From Lama glama (Eukaryota): 64,000 nucleotides of DNA. Location: the NCBI GenBank assembly GCA_028534125.1, contig CM052817.1, positions 34,784,001-34,848,000 on the forward strand. The letters are read 5' to 3'. Positions 28,338 to 41,490 of this stretch are shown piece after piece; positions within the stretch are counted from its first letter, which is position 1, and each line of letters opens with the position of its first letter. Both the position numbers and the translations under genes were made by a program. The notes below the pieces were generated by a model. The model made no database searches and was not told the DNA's origin. It was given only the letters and a program-made list of their open reading frames with translations.

Positions 28338-28469
28338 AATGACTAGACACTTAATTTTCCTTAGATTCATTCTCAATGTAAATATTTTTGACTTTGAAAC
28401 TTATCTAGGCTCCCCCAAAAGGTTTCCTTAACACATTAATCATTTTTATGAATATTATCAAATACTTAC

Positions 28470-28552
28470 TTCTTTACTTATTACAAAAGTTTCATATCTG
28501 TTTTACATAAAATTGAAGTGGGCCAATTGGCATTAGTTAAAAGGTAGATTTC
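28470..28552 (-). pseudogene. CNBD2-like pseudo-exon E (83 bp), phosphate-binding cassette, frameshifted
   Basis: Acceptor tttttatttttcag|GAA and donor GAA|gtaagt. Reads EIYLLTNANWPTSILCKTDMKLL, then a 1-bp deletion near 28481-28489, then ISKE. Confidence 0.9.
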
Positions 28553-29089
28553 CTGAAAAATAAAAACAAATGCATCTCTTGTAGAACAATTTCAGCTCTG
28601 ATATTTTTCTTACCATGAAAATCTGGGAACGTGTGAAATTTTAAGTGTGCATCATTTTAAGCAAATTATTTTTTAAATAAATTTTGGGCTTATAGAATTA
28701 ATAAATACTTTCCTTTCACATTATCTGCCAGCCCCAGCAGGATTAATTTGGACAAACTGCTGTATAAAAACAGAAGCTTGGTTGAATGAGTCTTTCGTTT
28801 GGAATACATCACGTGCTAAAACAGCAGCATGGTAAACACACACACACAAGGCTGTGCCCCAGCTCCATTCAACACTCAGGAAAAGAGGATGCTTTGTTCT
28901 GAAGACAGCAAACTTGGGGCAGAGATGCTGACCTGGATCTGTGATGCTCAGTGAAGGGGGATGATGTTAGTGTAACTGCATACAAAACTGTATAACACTT
29001 TTTTATGATTATAATGTTGAAAAAGATGTAGCAGTAAAGATTCAAGGGGGGATTATCCTAGAGAAAGGAGAGTAGCAGGAATTTAAAAT

Positions 29090-29428
29090 CTCTTTGCTTG
29101 AGATGGAACATCTTCTGCCTTAGACACTGGCATTGCTAGTTCTTGGGCCTTCAGACTCGGACTAGGCCTTACATAACTGGCCCTTTGATTCTCAGCCTTT
29201 GGAATCCAACTGGGACTTACACCATCGGTCCCCCGGGTTCTCAGGCCTCTGGACTCAGACTGAATTCCTGGCTTCCCTGGTTCTCCAGCTTGCAGATGGC
29301 AGATTACTGGACTTCTTGGCCTCCATAATCATGTGAGTTAATTCTTATACTAAATCTACATATAGATATGTAGATATACCCTACTGGTTCTCTTTCTCTG
29401 GAAAACCCTGACTAGTACAGATTTTGGT
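29090..29428 (+). mobile_element. MLT2 (ERVL) LTR with the start of the internal region
   Basis: ggttctccagcttgcagatggcag...ggcctccataatcatgtgag...ctctggaaaaccctgactagtaca, followed by gattttggt. Confidence 0.88.
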
Positions 29429-30793
29429 TGAGAAACACCAGTCTGGATGATCTCCAAGTTTCTTATCTTTGGTTGAAAAACCAATGGTTCATTTGCTCTG
29501 CACACAGTTGGGGCAGCCCAGTGGCGTGAACAGAGCTCAAAATTCAGGACTCTACTCCCATTTCCGTCACTAACTATGTCACTGTGAGCAATTCATTTAA
29601 CCGTCCTGGTTCTCCATTCACTAAGGTGTAAAGTGAAAGGCTTTGTGTAGCTGACCTTTGAGGCTCCATCTAACACTACCAGTCACTGATCCCCAGGAAG
29701 ATCTTGGAGTCCACAAGGATCATCAGGTTCTAAGAGTGCCTCCAAAGCACCGCCCACACTAGAATGGTTCACTAGTCCCAGGCTGGCCAAATCCTTAACT
29801 ACTGCTCAATTTACCAAGAAATTTTTTTTTACCCACTGATGATAATTCATAATTAATTTAACGATGGTAACGCCATGGAAAAATAAGGTTTGGTTTTTAT
29901 TGAAAATTGTTAGAAATATATCTGTTATTTCTCCTTTGCCCTTCTCATTGAATTTGTTACCAATAAAATGTCTTGAATCTATCTCCTAGTTGGTATCCCG
30001 AGGATCGTTGCCTTAGTCCAGAGTCTGCTCATTGATCTCCCAGCTGTTCTCCAATTCCATGTTGTCCTTTATCTGCTAATATAACCCCCACCTCATCGCA
30101 CCGGTCATCTATCTAATGTTAATCTGATCCATCGCTCCCCTACTTAAAAACCCTCAAGGAGCTCCACTGCCTGTAGGATTAAGTCCAGACTCTTTTGCAG
30201 TGTTTCCAGTACCATATCTGACCTCAATCCCAGCAACTGCTCTCACCTCCCAAGACCTCTACACTTAAGGACTTTTGGATTCAAGAATCTCTAAATCCAA
30301 TCCACCCTTGACTAAATACAGAAATGAACCAAGTTTTATCATTACATAATTAACATAAGCTACTTTCTTAGCCTAAATCTTTTCCCTTTTGCATAAAATC
30401 TTTTGGAAGCATAAAATTTCTTTAATGAATCAAAAAGAACTCCTTGAATCAGTAACTGTTTTGGTATAATTTCTCTATTTTTTAATACCACTCTACCTCC
30501 AGAGCTACACTGTAACTCATTCATTTAACTAGTCAGTCATTCATAGAGCAATCATTTATGAATCTTGTTGTATGTCCTGTACATTGACAAACTGTATATT
30601 AGACTATATATTGGTTCTACAATGCTAAGGAAAATGTTTCTTCTAAGCATTTTAATTACTGAAATATTTAATGCTCAAGGACAATACTATAGCATACCAT
30701 GCTAATTATTTTAATGCAATGAGGCACATACTTTTTTAAATTTTAATTTAAAAAAATGATGATGAGAGACTGGGAAATTGAGACAGTATTTAC

Positions 30794-30951
30794 CCCTATG
30801 AAGTTGTCTTCTTCAAACTCACTTAAAATTTCAGAGTCGGTATTTTTGCACGTTTGTATTACTTGACATGACCTTTAAATATCCAGCAAAAATCAAGTAG
30901 CATTCCAAGGGTACATGTCCTTGTCTTAGAATCATACTTGCAGCTTCAAAT
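30794..30951 (-). pseudogene. CNBD2-like pseudo-exon D (158 bp), cNMP beta-roll, frameshifted
   Basis: Acceptor ttctttctccccag|A and donor ATAGGG|gtaaat. Reads FEAASMILRQGHVPLECYLIFAGYLKV, then shifts frame near 30839-30851 into KNTDSEILSEFEEDNFIG. Confidence 0.9.
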
Positions 30952-32269
30952 CTGGGGAGAAAGAATATTAAAAACATCTCTTCTGCAAAATGGCAAGTTT
31001 GAAGTCATTATTGGCTAACAAAATTCTGTCATCTTCATCTGTAAAGAATTTTACTTTTTATTAAGAAGCAATTATCATCCTATTCTGGTAAAGACCTTGA
31101 AGGCAGGGATCCTTGCCAACCTGTCCACTACTGTAGCATCAGTGCCTAGAATGGCACTTGGCTCAGAAAGTAGACACTCAATGAATATATATTGAGTGGA
31201 TTTATGAATAGGCAAACAGAGGTGTCACACAACCACACAAGGTCTCCATACAAATTAATTCCTTAGATGAGTCCTGCTCTTTCACAAAATATAGGCATTT
31301 TAAAAAACTATTACTGCTGAATTCACAGTGTAAAGCCAGATCTTTGCATTTCTGAGGACATAAATTTGAGCTGACTTGCATTCCTTTTATCAAGACTTTT
31401 TAAAAGTACTATATACATAATCAGCTTTGTGAATCTGCTACTTTCCTCTAGTCACAGGTCTTCAGCCAGAGAACAGGAGTTTGTCCACCCTTAGCTTCTA
31501 GAAACAACTACCCATATTAGTCATGCATGGTAAGCTCTAATCGACATAAAAATAACCTGGGACATTTGATTTTAAAAAGTCAAGACTCCTTAATACCCTG
31601 GAAATTCTGATTTGGTAGGTCTGGGATAGGCCCCAGGAACCTGTATACTTAAAAGGCTCTCCAGATCATTTTGATGAGGACCACTTTTAAGGAACATTGT
31701 ATCTGAGGCTAAGAGCAAACATTATTTATTTTGTTTTTCTGATATGAGTAATTATTGTGAAGACCAGAACAGAACATGTTCTATGAAATATTGAGAAGTT
31801 CTATGAAATATTGGGATAATTTCTGATTTTTATTTAGTTAATTATGCTACCCAGAATTCTTTCTTCCTAGAAGAGCAGTTATAATTTCTATATTCTAAAT
31901 TAGGCAGGTATCATTACAGAGAACATTAGTGGGAAAGAAGATGGCAGTTATTATATAACCAAAGACACCCCATCGCTGTGATATCAGTAAAAAAGTCTGA
32001 ATTCTAGTCCTTGATGTACAATGAATTACTTAAATAATCTTAAGAAAATCACTTAACTTCCAAATCCCCGTTGATAAAATGGTAATAAACCTGTATCTAC
32101 ATTCCTCATAATAATGTTTTAGGGGAAAAACAGAATATGTAACAGTGATTTAAATTATTCAAAAGGAAGGTATTTTATAAACCAAATTGTGATTTTGCCC
32201 TACTTTAATAAGCCTGATGATGTGAAGGAGAATTAGAAGCAGGAAAAATCCCAGCAAAATAGCCATATA

Positions 32270-32712
32270 TGTGGTAAGTAAGCCATAGTTCCATGGATGC
32301 TCATGAGTCAGAAGCAAAGACATGGGACTCATGAGTCAGAGACAAAGAACTTTACTAGTTGCAGCAAAAGGACCAAGAAGAGTATCAGTATTGCTGCATC
32401 AGTCCCCAAGTCCCTCAAGGCAATGGGGAGGGCTCAGTGGAGCCTGCATATGCAGTGGGGTGGGTAACAGGGGGGGAACCCTGAGCTTAGGGAATCTGCT
32501 GCTTTTCTAACAGGCAGTAAGCAAGCTGGTTTGTCTGGAGGGAGACCAGGTGCCATGAAGAAGTGCAATGCATTACTTTCTCAGGACTGCCAGCTGAATA
32601 AACAATTTTGAGAAATGGCCCAGGCAAAAGAACAGTCAAAGCCTTGGGATTTTGGCACATTCAGCAAGATGTATAGGAACATAAGAGGCTCAAAGCAGAC
32701 TGTCTCTCAACA
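32270..32712 (-). mobile_element. ERVL-class solo LTR (MER54/MER73-like)
   Basis: Minus strand begins TGTTGAGAGACAGTCT. Composition is LTR-like. The subfamily is uncertain. Confidence 0.55.
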
Positions 32713-34936
32713 TATAGGGTGTAATGATACAAATGAATGGAATTTAAAAATAAAGTTAAATGGTTACTGAAAGAATTAGGATTTTTCATTCCAAAGGAAA
32801 CAATACAAGGAGAAATTTCAAAATGCTATTTTCACTGCTTTTGGGAAGAGGATCACACAAGATCACAATGTGAAGACTCCTGACTTTCGATTGTTTATGT
32901 TAACAGACAGCACTTTTTAAAAACCACTACTTGAACTCTGTAGACTTGAAAAAAATACCAAAAATTCCTGAAGTAGCTGCCATATCACAGAAATATCCTC
33001 AAGATAATGACTGGTTTCTATGAACTAAGACTAGAACAGTCAACAGGACACCATAGAGTCATGAGAATGAGGCCAACAATAAGTAGGTGACAGGAAAGGA
33101 AGGAGAAGCCATGTGGAACTGAGAACTAATATATTTATGACAAGCACTGTAATGGAAAAGGTCTGGTATTCAAGACTCAACTGGGTTTAAAGCATCACAG
33201 AAAGAGCAGGAGGACTCCACATTCTGTTTTCTCGCCTCTATATTGTGAAAGTGTGGATGAGAGCCAGTCATTCTCAGCCAAGTTTTGAAGTGCATCATTT
33301 GGCTGCCAGATGCCCATTATACTAATTGGATCAGCAGTCTCCTCTCTATCTCACTGACACAAGGATTCCAGGGCTATCCATTTCTTCTACGGCATCAAAA
33401 TTTAAGAATGCCACATATACAATAAACCATAAAATATTCACAAGGGCCTGTACTCTACTTTTTGTATTACTATTGTAACTCCAGAATGATCCTTCAGGAG
33501 CCTACATGAGTGATGTGAAGGAATGCCAATACTAAATAGGTTTCTCATGCTGAAACATTTAATTTTATACTTCCAGAGCACTTGATGCACTTGTGAATAT
33601 TCATGGTTTGATTTGAATTATCATCTTCCTCAAAAATTTTTTCTTGTTAGGCATATAAATACAACTGCTCCAGCCTAACAAATACAGAAATCAGAGTATT
33701 TTTGTTAGGAACAGAAAAAGAAAGATTTAATACCTCCACATTCAAAAATAAAAGTGTCCTCATTAATATACATATGGCTATATATGTATATTATATATTG
33801 AACTCTAAGAAGAGCTTATGAACATTACTATTTGTAGATACACTGATTCATATTTGGTTTTGTTCTCCACTTGGATATTTTGAATAAATTTCAATATCAA
33901 TCTTCACTAAATGAACTAGTGCTTAATATAAGTAACTCTCCATTAAAATTTCTAAATATCCATGATTTTTAAGATGAGACTTCATGTTAATGATACATTT
34001 TAAACTTTTTCCAAGAAAGACTCACATACACAATAGATCTTGTATTAAACAGGGTTCTGGGTTGCAGACAACAGAATCCACTCTGATTGATTGAGAGAGA
34101 GGAAGAATTCACCACAGGTATTAGATAGCTTATAGAATCTTTGGAAAGGTTAGTGAAGTAGTTTCTAAGCCAAACTTCGAGGAATAACTTTGGTGAAAAT
34201 GCTGAGCAGACCCCAGAACCAAAGTTTGTCTCCACCACAGTCAGGAAACTGGTGCTACCACATCTGAACAAAGAATCATGTGGTTTTCACTAGTTCCTGC
34301 ATTAGCAAAACGGATGTTCCATGTCCTACCTCTTCACCCACATGTATTAATTGCAAACCAAATGTCATGAATGTGTATCTGTCAGAATCTAAACCAAGTA
34401 TTTATAAAAGAAAGTGGGGAGGGTCTAGAAAAGGTAGTTTTTGTTATATTGTTTTGTTTTGGTTAATATGCTACATTGAGATGGTAAGGTTTACATTATG
34501 GAGAAATACCACAAAAATGTAGTTTTTTCAAAGGATTTTGGGCAACCCCAAATTGCAAATGTCAACTTCAACCTTTATCATAATATTCAGGGTAACTTAC
34601 CTAACACATTTTGCATGTTTTTCCTTTTTCTAGATAAGCAAATGGACTGTTTTGGTAGTCCAGTCTTTTTTTTTTTTTTTTTTTTTGGTATTTTGCTTAT
34701 AAGTTTTAGCCTTTGTCCTAGTTTCAATCCTAGTTTCCCTCAGGTTGGTTTGAAAATTCATCACTACACTACAGTTCAAAGCACAAACCCCCAATTATTA
34801 CATACTTCTTTTGGTCAATATTCAATTTGTAACATGTCTTTTGTCTTTAAAGTTTTGTTAAACTCTATTCACCATCGGCCACTGCTTTTCTTAGGGAACT
34901 GCCAAGATCCAAATGGAATATTTTTGTGTCACTTAC

Positions 34937-35019
34937 TCTTGACAGATTATGGTCTGGCAAAGTTGGAGCTGTACTTCATTTGGCAAACTGTGAAATGACC
35001 TATTCTTCTTTAGACATAG
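34937..35019 (-). pseudogene. CNBD2-like pseudo-exon C (83 bp) with a dead acceptor
   Basis: Reads LCLKKNRSFHSLPNEVQLQLCQTIICQ(E). The donor GA|gtaagt is perfect, and phase 2 joins exon D to make GAA. A long T tract upstream ends in ctttaa instead of ctttag. Confidence 0.85.
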
Positions 35020-35634
35020 TTAAAGTTTAAAAAAAAAAAGAAGAGAAAAATATCAGTAATAGCCTAGAAAAGGGCTAAAGGAAAAAGATTATGATGCTTT
35101 GCAATTAGCTCAGACCCCTTCAATGTTTCTGATAACCAAGAGTAGATTTTATGTGTTCTCCAAAGTCTAGCCATTCTGTATGTGGTAGATATTGGTAACC
35201 AAAATCTTCCATATCTGGATTCATGAGAATTTGATATGATCCTAATAGAGTAAAACATCTCCTATGAAAGGGAAGGAGACATTGATATAATGAGTAGATG
35301 GTCTTCCTCAATATTCATAAAGTTCTGTGATGTTAGCTCCTAACCTCTGTGAAGAATTTGGTAAGGAATCCTTCAGGATGTAGCTTGCCCAGAAAAATAG
35401 TTAGCATAAATCATGGACCAGAAAAATAAAATCTGATGGTGTCCAGGAGTCCTTTACTGAAAGATACTTGAAGTGAAAAGTTCAAGCATGCCTTTTTTTC
35501 CTTTTCCAAATTATTCGATTTTAATATGCATTAATATTGCACCTGCCTGCTATCACAGAGAAGGAACTGTTGAAGTGGCCACTAAATCTTTAAAACGTTT
35601 GCATTTTTAAAACATCTGAAAATAAAGATATGTT

Positions 35635-36545
35635 CATAACCCCCACTTCACACTGTATATAAACTCAAAAAATGGACCTATAATGTAAATATAAGACATA
35701 AAAATATTAAACCAGAAAATATAGGGGTAAACCTTCATGACCTTGGATTTGGTAATAGATTCTTAAATACAACACACAAGCAGCCATAGAAAAAATAAAC
35801 TGGACTTCATCAAAACTTAAAAGTTTTTGCATCAAAGGACATTACCAAAGAAAGTGAAAAGACAACTAGTAGAATGGGAGACAATCCTTGTAATCATATA
35901 TTTGACAATGGTTTAATACCCAGAATATATAAAGAACTCCCAACTAGATAGCAAAAAGACAAACAGGCCAATTAAAAAATGAGCAATGGATTTGAATAGA
36001 CATTTCTCCAAAGAAGATATACAAATAGCCATGAAATGGTACATGAAAAGATGCTTAACATCCTTAGTTACTTGGGAAATGCAAATCAAACACAGGATGA
36101 GATACCACTTCACACCTACCAGCATAGCAATAATAATAGTAGTAGTAGTAGAATAAAATAAGAAGTATTGGTGAGGATGTGAATTAACTGGAACCCTTGG
36201 GCATTGCTGGTGGGAATGTAAATGGTACAGCTGCAATGGAAAACTGTATGGCAATTACTCAAAAAGCTATAGAATTATCATACAACCCAGTAATCCCACT
36301 CTTAGGTAACCCCTTCCTTGACTCCTAATTTCTGGCAGCCACTAATCTGTTTTCTTTCCCTATAGTTTTGCCTTCCATAATATCATATAAAGAGAATCAT
36401 ACATTATGTTACTTTTCGTGTCTGGCTTAGCAAAATGCATTTAAGATCATCCTTGTTTTATGTGAATCAAGTTTGTTCTTCTTTATTATTCAGTCGTGTT
36501 TCATCGTATCAGTTTGTTTATTCATTCATTGTTGAAGGATATTTA
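35635..36545. mobile_element. Old L1 fragments (sense ORF2 end at about 35635-36305, antisense 3' UTR at about 36310-36545)
   Basis: gacatttctccaaagaagatatacaa...gagataccacttcacacc (sense), followed by ggcagccactaatctgttttc (antisense). Confidence 0.85.
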
Positions 36546-36829
36546 TAAGTATGATCCTTAAATTAAATACTAAATAATTAAAATTCCATTTAATTCTTAA
36601 ATAAGTATAGATTTGTGTTAATACTTAGATTTTTTGAAATTTGATGTTTATGATGTATAGGCTTAATTTACTATTTATATGGCCACTTGACTAACTAAAA
36701 TTCCTCATTTTCTGACCTGCTGGTAACAGTTTTCTGCAATAGCTACTTGATTGAAAAATTTGAAATTTTAGAGTGCTTAAAACCTTAAGTATCAATTTCT
36801 ACATGTTGTGACCATAGCTTTTAAATTTT

Positions 36830-38620
36830 TAATGCCATTTAAATCATTCTTAAGTATACTATTCAATGGCAAGAATTACATTTACATTGTTGTGCAACCA
36901 GCACCACTGTTTCCAAATCTTTTCCATCATCCCATATAGAAACTATGGCTATTAAGTAATAACTCTCCATTACCCCCTCATCCCAGCCCCTGGCAAGCAC
37001 TGTTCTATTCTCTGCTTCTGTAAGTTTGACTACTCTAGATATTTCAAATAAGTGGAATCATGTAGTATTTGTTGTTCTGTGACTGGCTTATTTCAATTAT
37101 CATAATGTCCTCAAGGTTCATCCATATTTTTATGTGTATCAGAACTTCATTCTTTTTGAAGGCTAAATAACATTCCACTGTATGGATATACTACAATTTC
37201 TTTATCCATTCATTTGTCAATGGATATTTAGATTATTTCCACATCTGGCTATTGTAAATAATGCTACAATGAAAATAGGAATGCTAATATCTCATCAAAT
37301 TCCTGATTTCAACTGTGATTTCAATTCTTTTTGGAAAAATACCAGAATTGGGGCTGTTGGATCATATGATAGTTCTACTTTTAATTTTTTGAAGAATTTC
37401 AATACTGTTTTCCACAGTGGCTACACCATTTTACATGCCCACCAGCAGTATCCAGTTTTTCCACTTCCTTGCCAACACTTGTTCTCTTTTTTTTTTGATA
37501 ATAGCCATCCTAACAGGTGTGAGGTGATATCTTATCGTGGTTTAATTTTCTGATGGTTAGTGGCCTTAAGAATCTTTTCACATACCTGTTGGCCACTTGT
37601 ATGTCTTCTTTGGAGAAATGTCTATTAATTCCTTTGCCCATTTTTTAATCAGGTATTTGGTTTTTTGCTATTGGGATGTAGCATTTTCTTACATATTTGA
37701 GATATTAAGCTTTTATCAGATAAATGGTTTACAAACATTATCTCTCATCCAATTGGTTGCCTTTTTTATTTTGTTGATTGCTCCCTTTGATGTGCAGAAG
37801 CCTTTTAGTTTGATATAGTCTACTTGTCTGTTTTTGCTTTTGTTGCCTGTGCTTTTGTCATATCAACGAAACAACTGCCAAGATCAATGTCATAATGGAA
37901 TATATCTCTTTCACAATAGTGTCAAGAAGAAAATACTTAGGAATAAAATTAACTAAGGATGGAGAAGACTGTACACTGAAAACTATAAAAACACTGATGA
38001 GAGAAATTAAATAAGTTACAAACAAATGGAAAGACATCTCATGTTCATGGCTTGGAAGGCTTACTATTGTTTAAATATCCAGACTACCCAAAGCAATCCA
38101 GAGACTCAAATCAAACCCTATCAAACTCCAATAGTTTTTTTTGCAGAAATAGAAAAGGCAATTCTAAAATTAATATGGAACCATAAAGGACACTGAATAG
38201 CCAAAACAATCTTGAGAAAGAAGAACAAAGCTGGAGGTATCATATCTCCTGATTTCAAAGTATATTACAAAGTCACGGTAATTAAAATAGTACGGTACTG
38301 GCATAAAGACAGATATAGAGCAAATGAACAGAATAGATAGCCCAGAAATGAATCCACACACATATATCATTAACTGATCTTCAACAAGAATGTCAAATAC
38401 ACACAATGGGGAAAGGATAGTCTCTTCAACTAATGGTGTTGGGAAAACTGGATGTCCACATGCAAAAGAATGAAATTGGACCTTTATCTTACACCATATA
38501 CAAAAATCAGTTCAAAATGGATAAGAGACTTACATGTAAGCCCTGAAACTGTAAAACTTCTAGAAGAAAACATGGGGAGAAGACTCACGATATTGGTCTT
38601 GTCAATGATTTCATGGATAA
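36830..38620 (-). mobile_element. 5'-inverted L1 (L1MA-like)
   Basis: An antisense 3' UTR and ORF2 end (36830-37893) is joined to a sense ORF2 segment (about 37900-38620; ORF track [19 protein letters not shown]...). Confidence 0.88.
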
Positions 38621-38739
38621 ATAACTTTCTATAACAGAGTTTTGATATTCTAAGGCTAAAGACGAAAGGCTAAAGACAAAACACTATATTCTTGTTGGTA
38701 AATATGTATCTCACAGGTCTAGGTTAGTAATTCTGAAAC

Positions 38740-40265
38740 TACTTTACATATATACTAGAGTTGAAAAAATAAGAAATATATTGTAGATAGTGACAGTCAG
38801 GTTTGTACCTGGGGGAGAAAGAAGTTTCAAATAAGTAAATGGGGAGTGTTAGAGTAAATCCTAAGGTAACAGACTGAATTTGGAGATATCCATATGAACT
38901 AATGTTTATTTTAATATATATACAGATGGATATATACAGAAATGAATATAGATACATGGGTTAGTATACTACAAACACTTGTTAACTCTTTGCACTGAAA
39001 GGACCTAGAAGTAATGACTCTCCAGTTGTAACAAGAACACCTAGAAGTCAGATTTTGGTTTCTAAATACCATTTTCCAATAAAAGAAACTATGCTTCTTA
39101 AAGAATGGCTGGTTTGGGGACTAGGGCATAGAGAATCCAAAATAAATCTGGAGAATCTTACAATGCCAGAAAGTAAGTTGATGATAAAAATAAAAATAAT
39201 AGTAATAAATAAAATTAATTAAAAGACGTGGGTCTGTCCAAAGGATACATGAGCCAACCCTTGAGAGCTCCTGACAGCCAGAGCTGGAATACTTTGAGCA
39301 ATATGATAAATAATGATAATAATGAGTTACAACCCAAAGAATAAAGTAAGTATCCATAAGGTAATAAATATCTATAAGACCATACTGATAAAAATATACA
39401 GCTGAATGAATGAATGAATAAAAAGAGGCAGTTCTTCCCAATAGAATTATAAATGCAGAAAGAAGAAGGGAAATAAATCACCATTAGAGTATCAAAGTAG
39501 TAACTGCTGCAGGCAAGATCCACCGATGAGTGCTGAAACTAGTGAGTGAAACTTTAAAGAGAAACTAGCACCCACACTGTCTCCAAGGATCTCCTACAAA
39601 ATATTTATTACTTACTGTGGTGGTTTTAACATATGTCTACAATTTATTAAATACTCCTCCCTCCAGAAGATGGATCTTAATTCCCCTGGACTGGACTGGA
39701 CTAAGTAACTCACTTTCAGAGGACAGAACATGGAATGGGGAAATGATAACTTTCCATGGAGAATCCTGGCAAATACGACCTTAGCTAACTGATCAAGGAT
39801 AACATCACCAGTAATAAGACATATTGATGTCATGTACCCAAGAGCCATAACCTCAGTCTGATCATGAGAAAAAAGGAAACCCAAACTGAAGGACATTCTA
39901 CAAAACATTTAACCAGTACTCCTCAAAAGTGCCAAGGTAGTAAGATAAGGGAAAAACTAAGGAACTGTCACAGATTGAAGGAGAGTAAGGAGACACAAAA
40001 ACTAAAAGCAGTTGTGGTCTCCTGACTTGAATCTTGGAACAGAAAAAAAAAGATGGTGGAAACACTGGGGAAATCTAAATAGTCTGTAGTTTAGTTAACA
40101 GTATTTACAGAACTAATCTTAATTTCTTCATTTTGGTCATTGTTGCATGGCTATATGAGACGTTATTAACATTTGGGGAGGCTGGGTAGAGTGTATATTG
40201 GAACTATCTGCACTACCTCTGCAACTCTTCTGCAAGCCTAAGATTATCAACATAAAAAGTTTAAA
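38740..40265 (+). mobile_element. L1MD-like 3' UTR
   Basis: cagattttggtttctaaataccattttccaataaaag...gcaactcttctgcaagcctaagattatc. Confidence 0.8.
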
Positions 40266-41419
40266 AATTGTTTAGCTTCAGCTAAACACAGGGGTTACAC
40301 TCAGTAACCTGAAATAAATGGGACTCAGTCCCAGGTAACTGAAGCCCAAAATAAAAGCAAATCAGCAGTATCCAGTTATTACTATTCACCCATGCAATAT
40401 AAATGTCCAAGATTCCCAAGCTTAAATCTCCCATAGTATGCATATGATTCATAGAGTGAGTAAATATCTATTTTACACCCTCAGAAAGACAATTCTATAT
40501 TTAAAATAGATTCTATGAGAAAGATAAATTTAACTTAAATCATGTTTATTTATACTACTTTTCCCAAGTTGTAAATTCACTGTTAAGCTGAGGACTGACT
40601 GGATCCAGACATGAATTTCAGCTCATAGTTACAAGAACTTACATGGCTATGATACTTACCACTGTTGGATCCTCCCAGACTAAAATGGTATTGGTGGATT
40701 CAAGGCAATGTCACAAGCACAGAAAACACTGACTTTTAGAAATGTCTGATGCCAAAGATGATGAATACTTGTAATAGAGCACTTTATTTTTTAGGATACT
40801 TTGAAATGTTTAATATCTTAAAATGTTTAAAAATCAATACCTCTTTTTACTTTATAGCTGGTTTACAAAATATCCTTAAGAGGCTAAAAAACAACAAATG
40901 TAAATCCAATTTACCTAAGTATATTAAAATTTTAATAGAAGCAGAGACGGTCCACCTAATCTCCTAGGGACAGAGATTTATATCTACATGATGAATCACT
41001 TTGTAGTTTGTTCAAAGGTTAGTAAATTAAAATTACAGAAAACATTTTAAGAGGCTTAAATAAATGTATTTCTATTCAAAATCAATTATTTATCTCAAAT
41101 ACATACCTCAAACATAACACATAGTAGGAACTCAATGATTACTATTTATTTACTTAATATTATGATACAAATAAAAGAAAAAATTGCTTCACTACCAAAA
41201 GAAAACATATATATTCAAACCATCTTTATTTAACCTCATTTTGTTTTCTAAACTTCTAAAACTAAGGCAAGGATTAGGAGAGTAAAAATGTAAGAAAAAT
41301 AATCCAGCATGGTGCTTTTATAGTGTTAACCTGTATTTGCTTAAAATTATAGAAGAAAAGCATTATTAATAACATTAGAATAATCATATATCAAGAAAAA
41401 ATCTTTTTTATTTCTTTAC

Positions 41420-41490
41420 CTGAGATTTTCTTGGTTTCTATGCAGAGGTTGAATTAACAAAAATGTTTTCAGCTTTTCCAAATCTTTGCT
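41420..41490 (-). pseudogene. CNBD2-like pseudo-exon B (71 bp)
   Basis: Acceptor tttgttttacag|AGC and donor CTCAG|gtaaag. Reads SKDLEKLKTFLLIQPLHRNQENL, the P..R...E helix that precedes cNMP domains. It ends in phase 2 while exon C starts in phase 0, which implies an indel. Confidence 0.75.

Noticed and set aside
34498..34998. 166-aa plus-strand ORF
   Set aside because: It is low-complexity and Phe-rich with no domain, and it overlaps pseudo-exon C in antisense.
40643..40679. 37-bp AG/GT-bounded segment that would restore frame between pseudo-exons B and C
   Set aside because: The peptide (SLGGSNSGKYHSH) does not fit the domain. An internal stronger donor gives 20 bp instead. Frame restoration has a 1-in-3 chance of occurring by coincidence.
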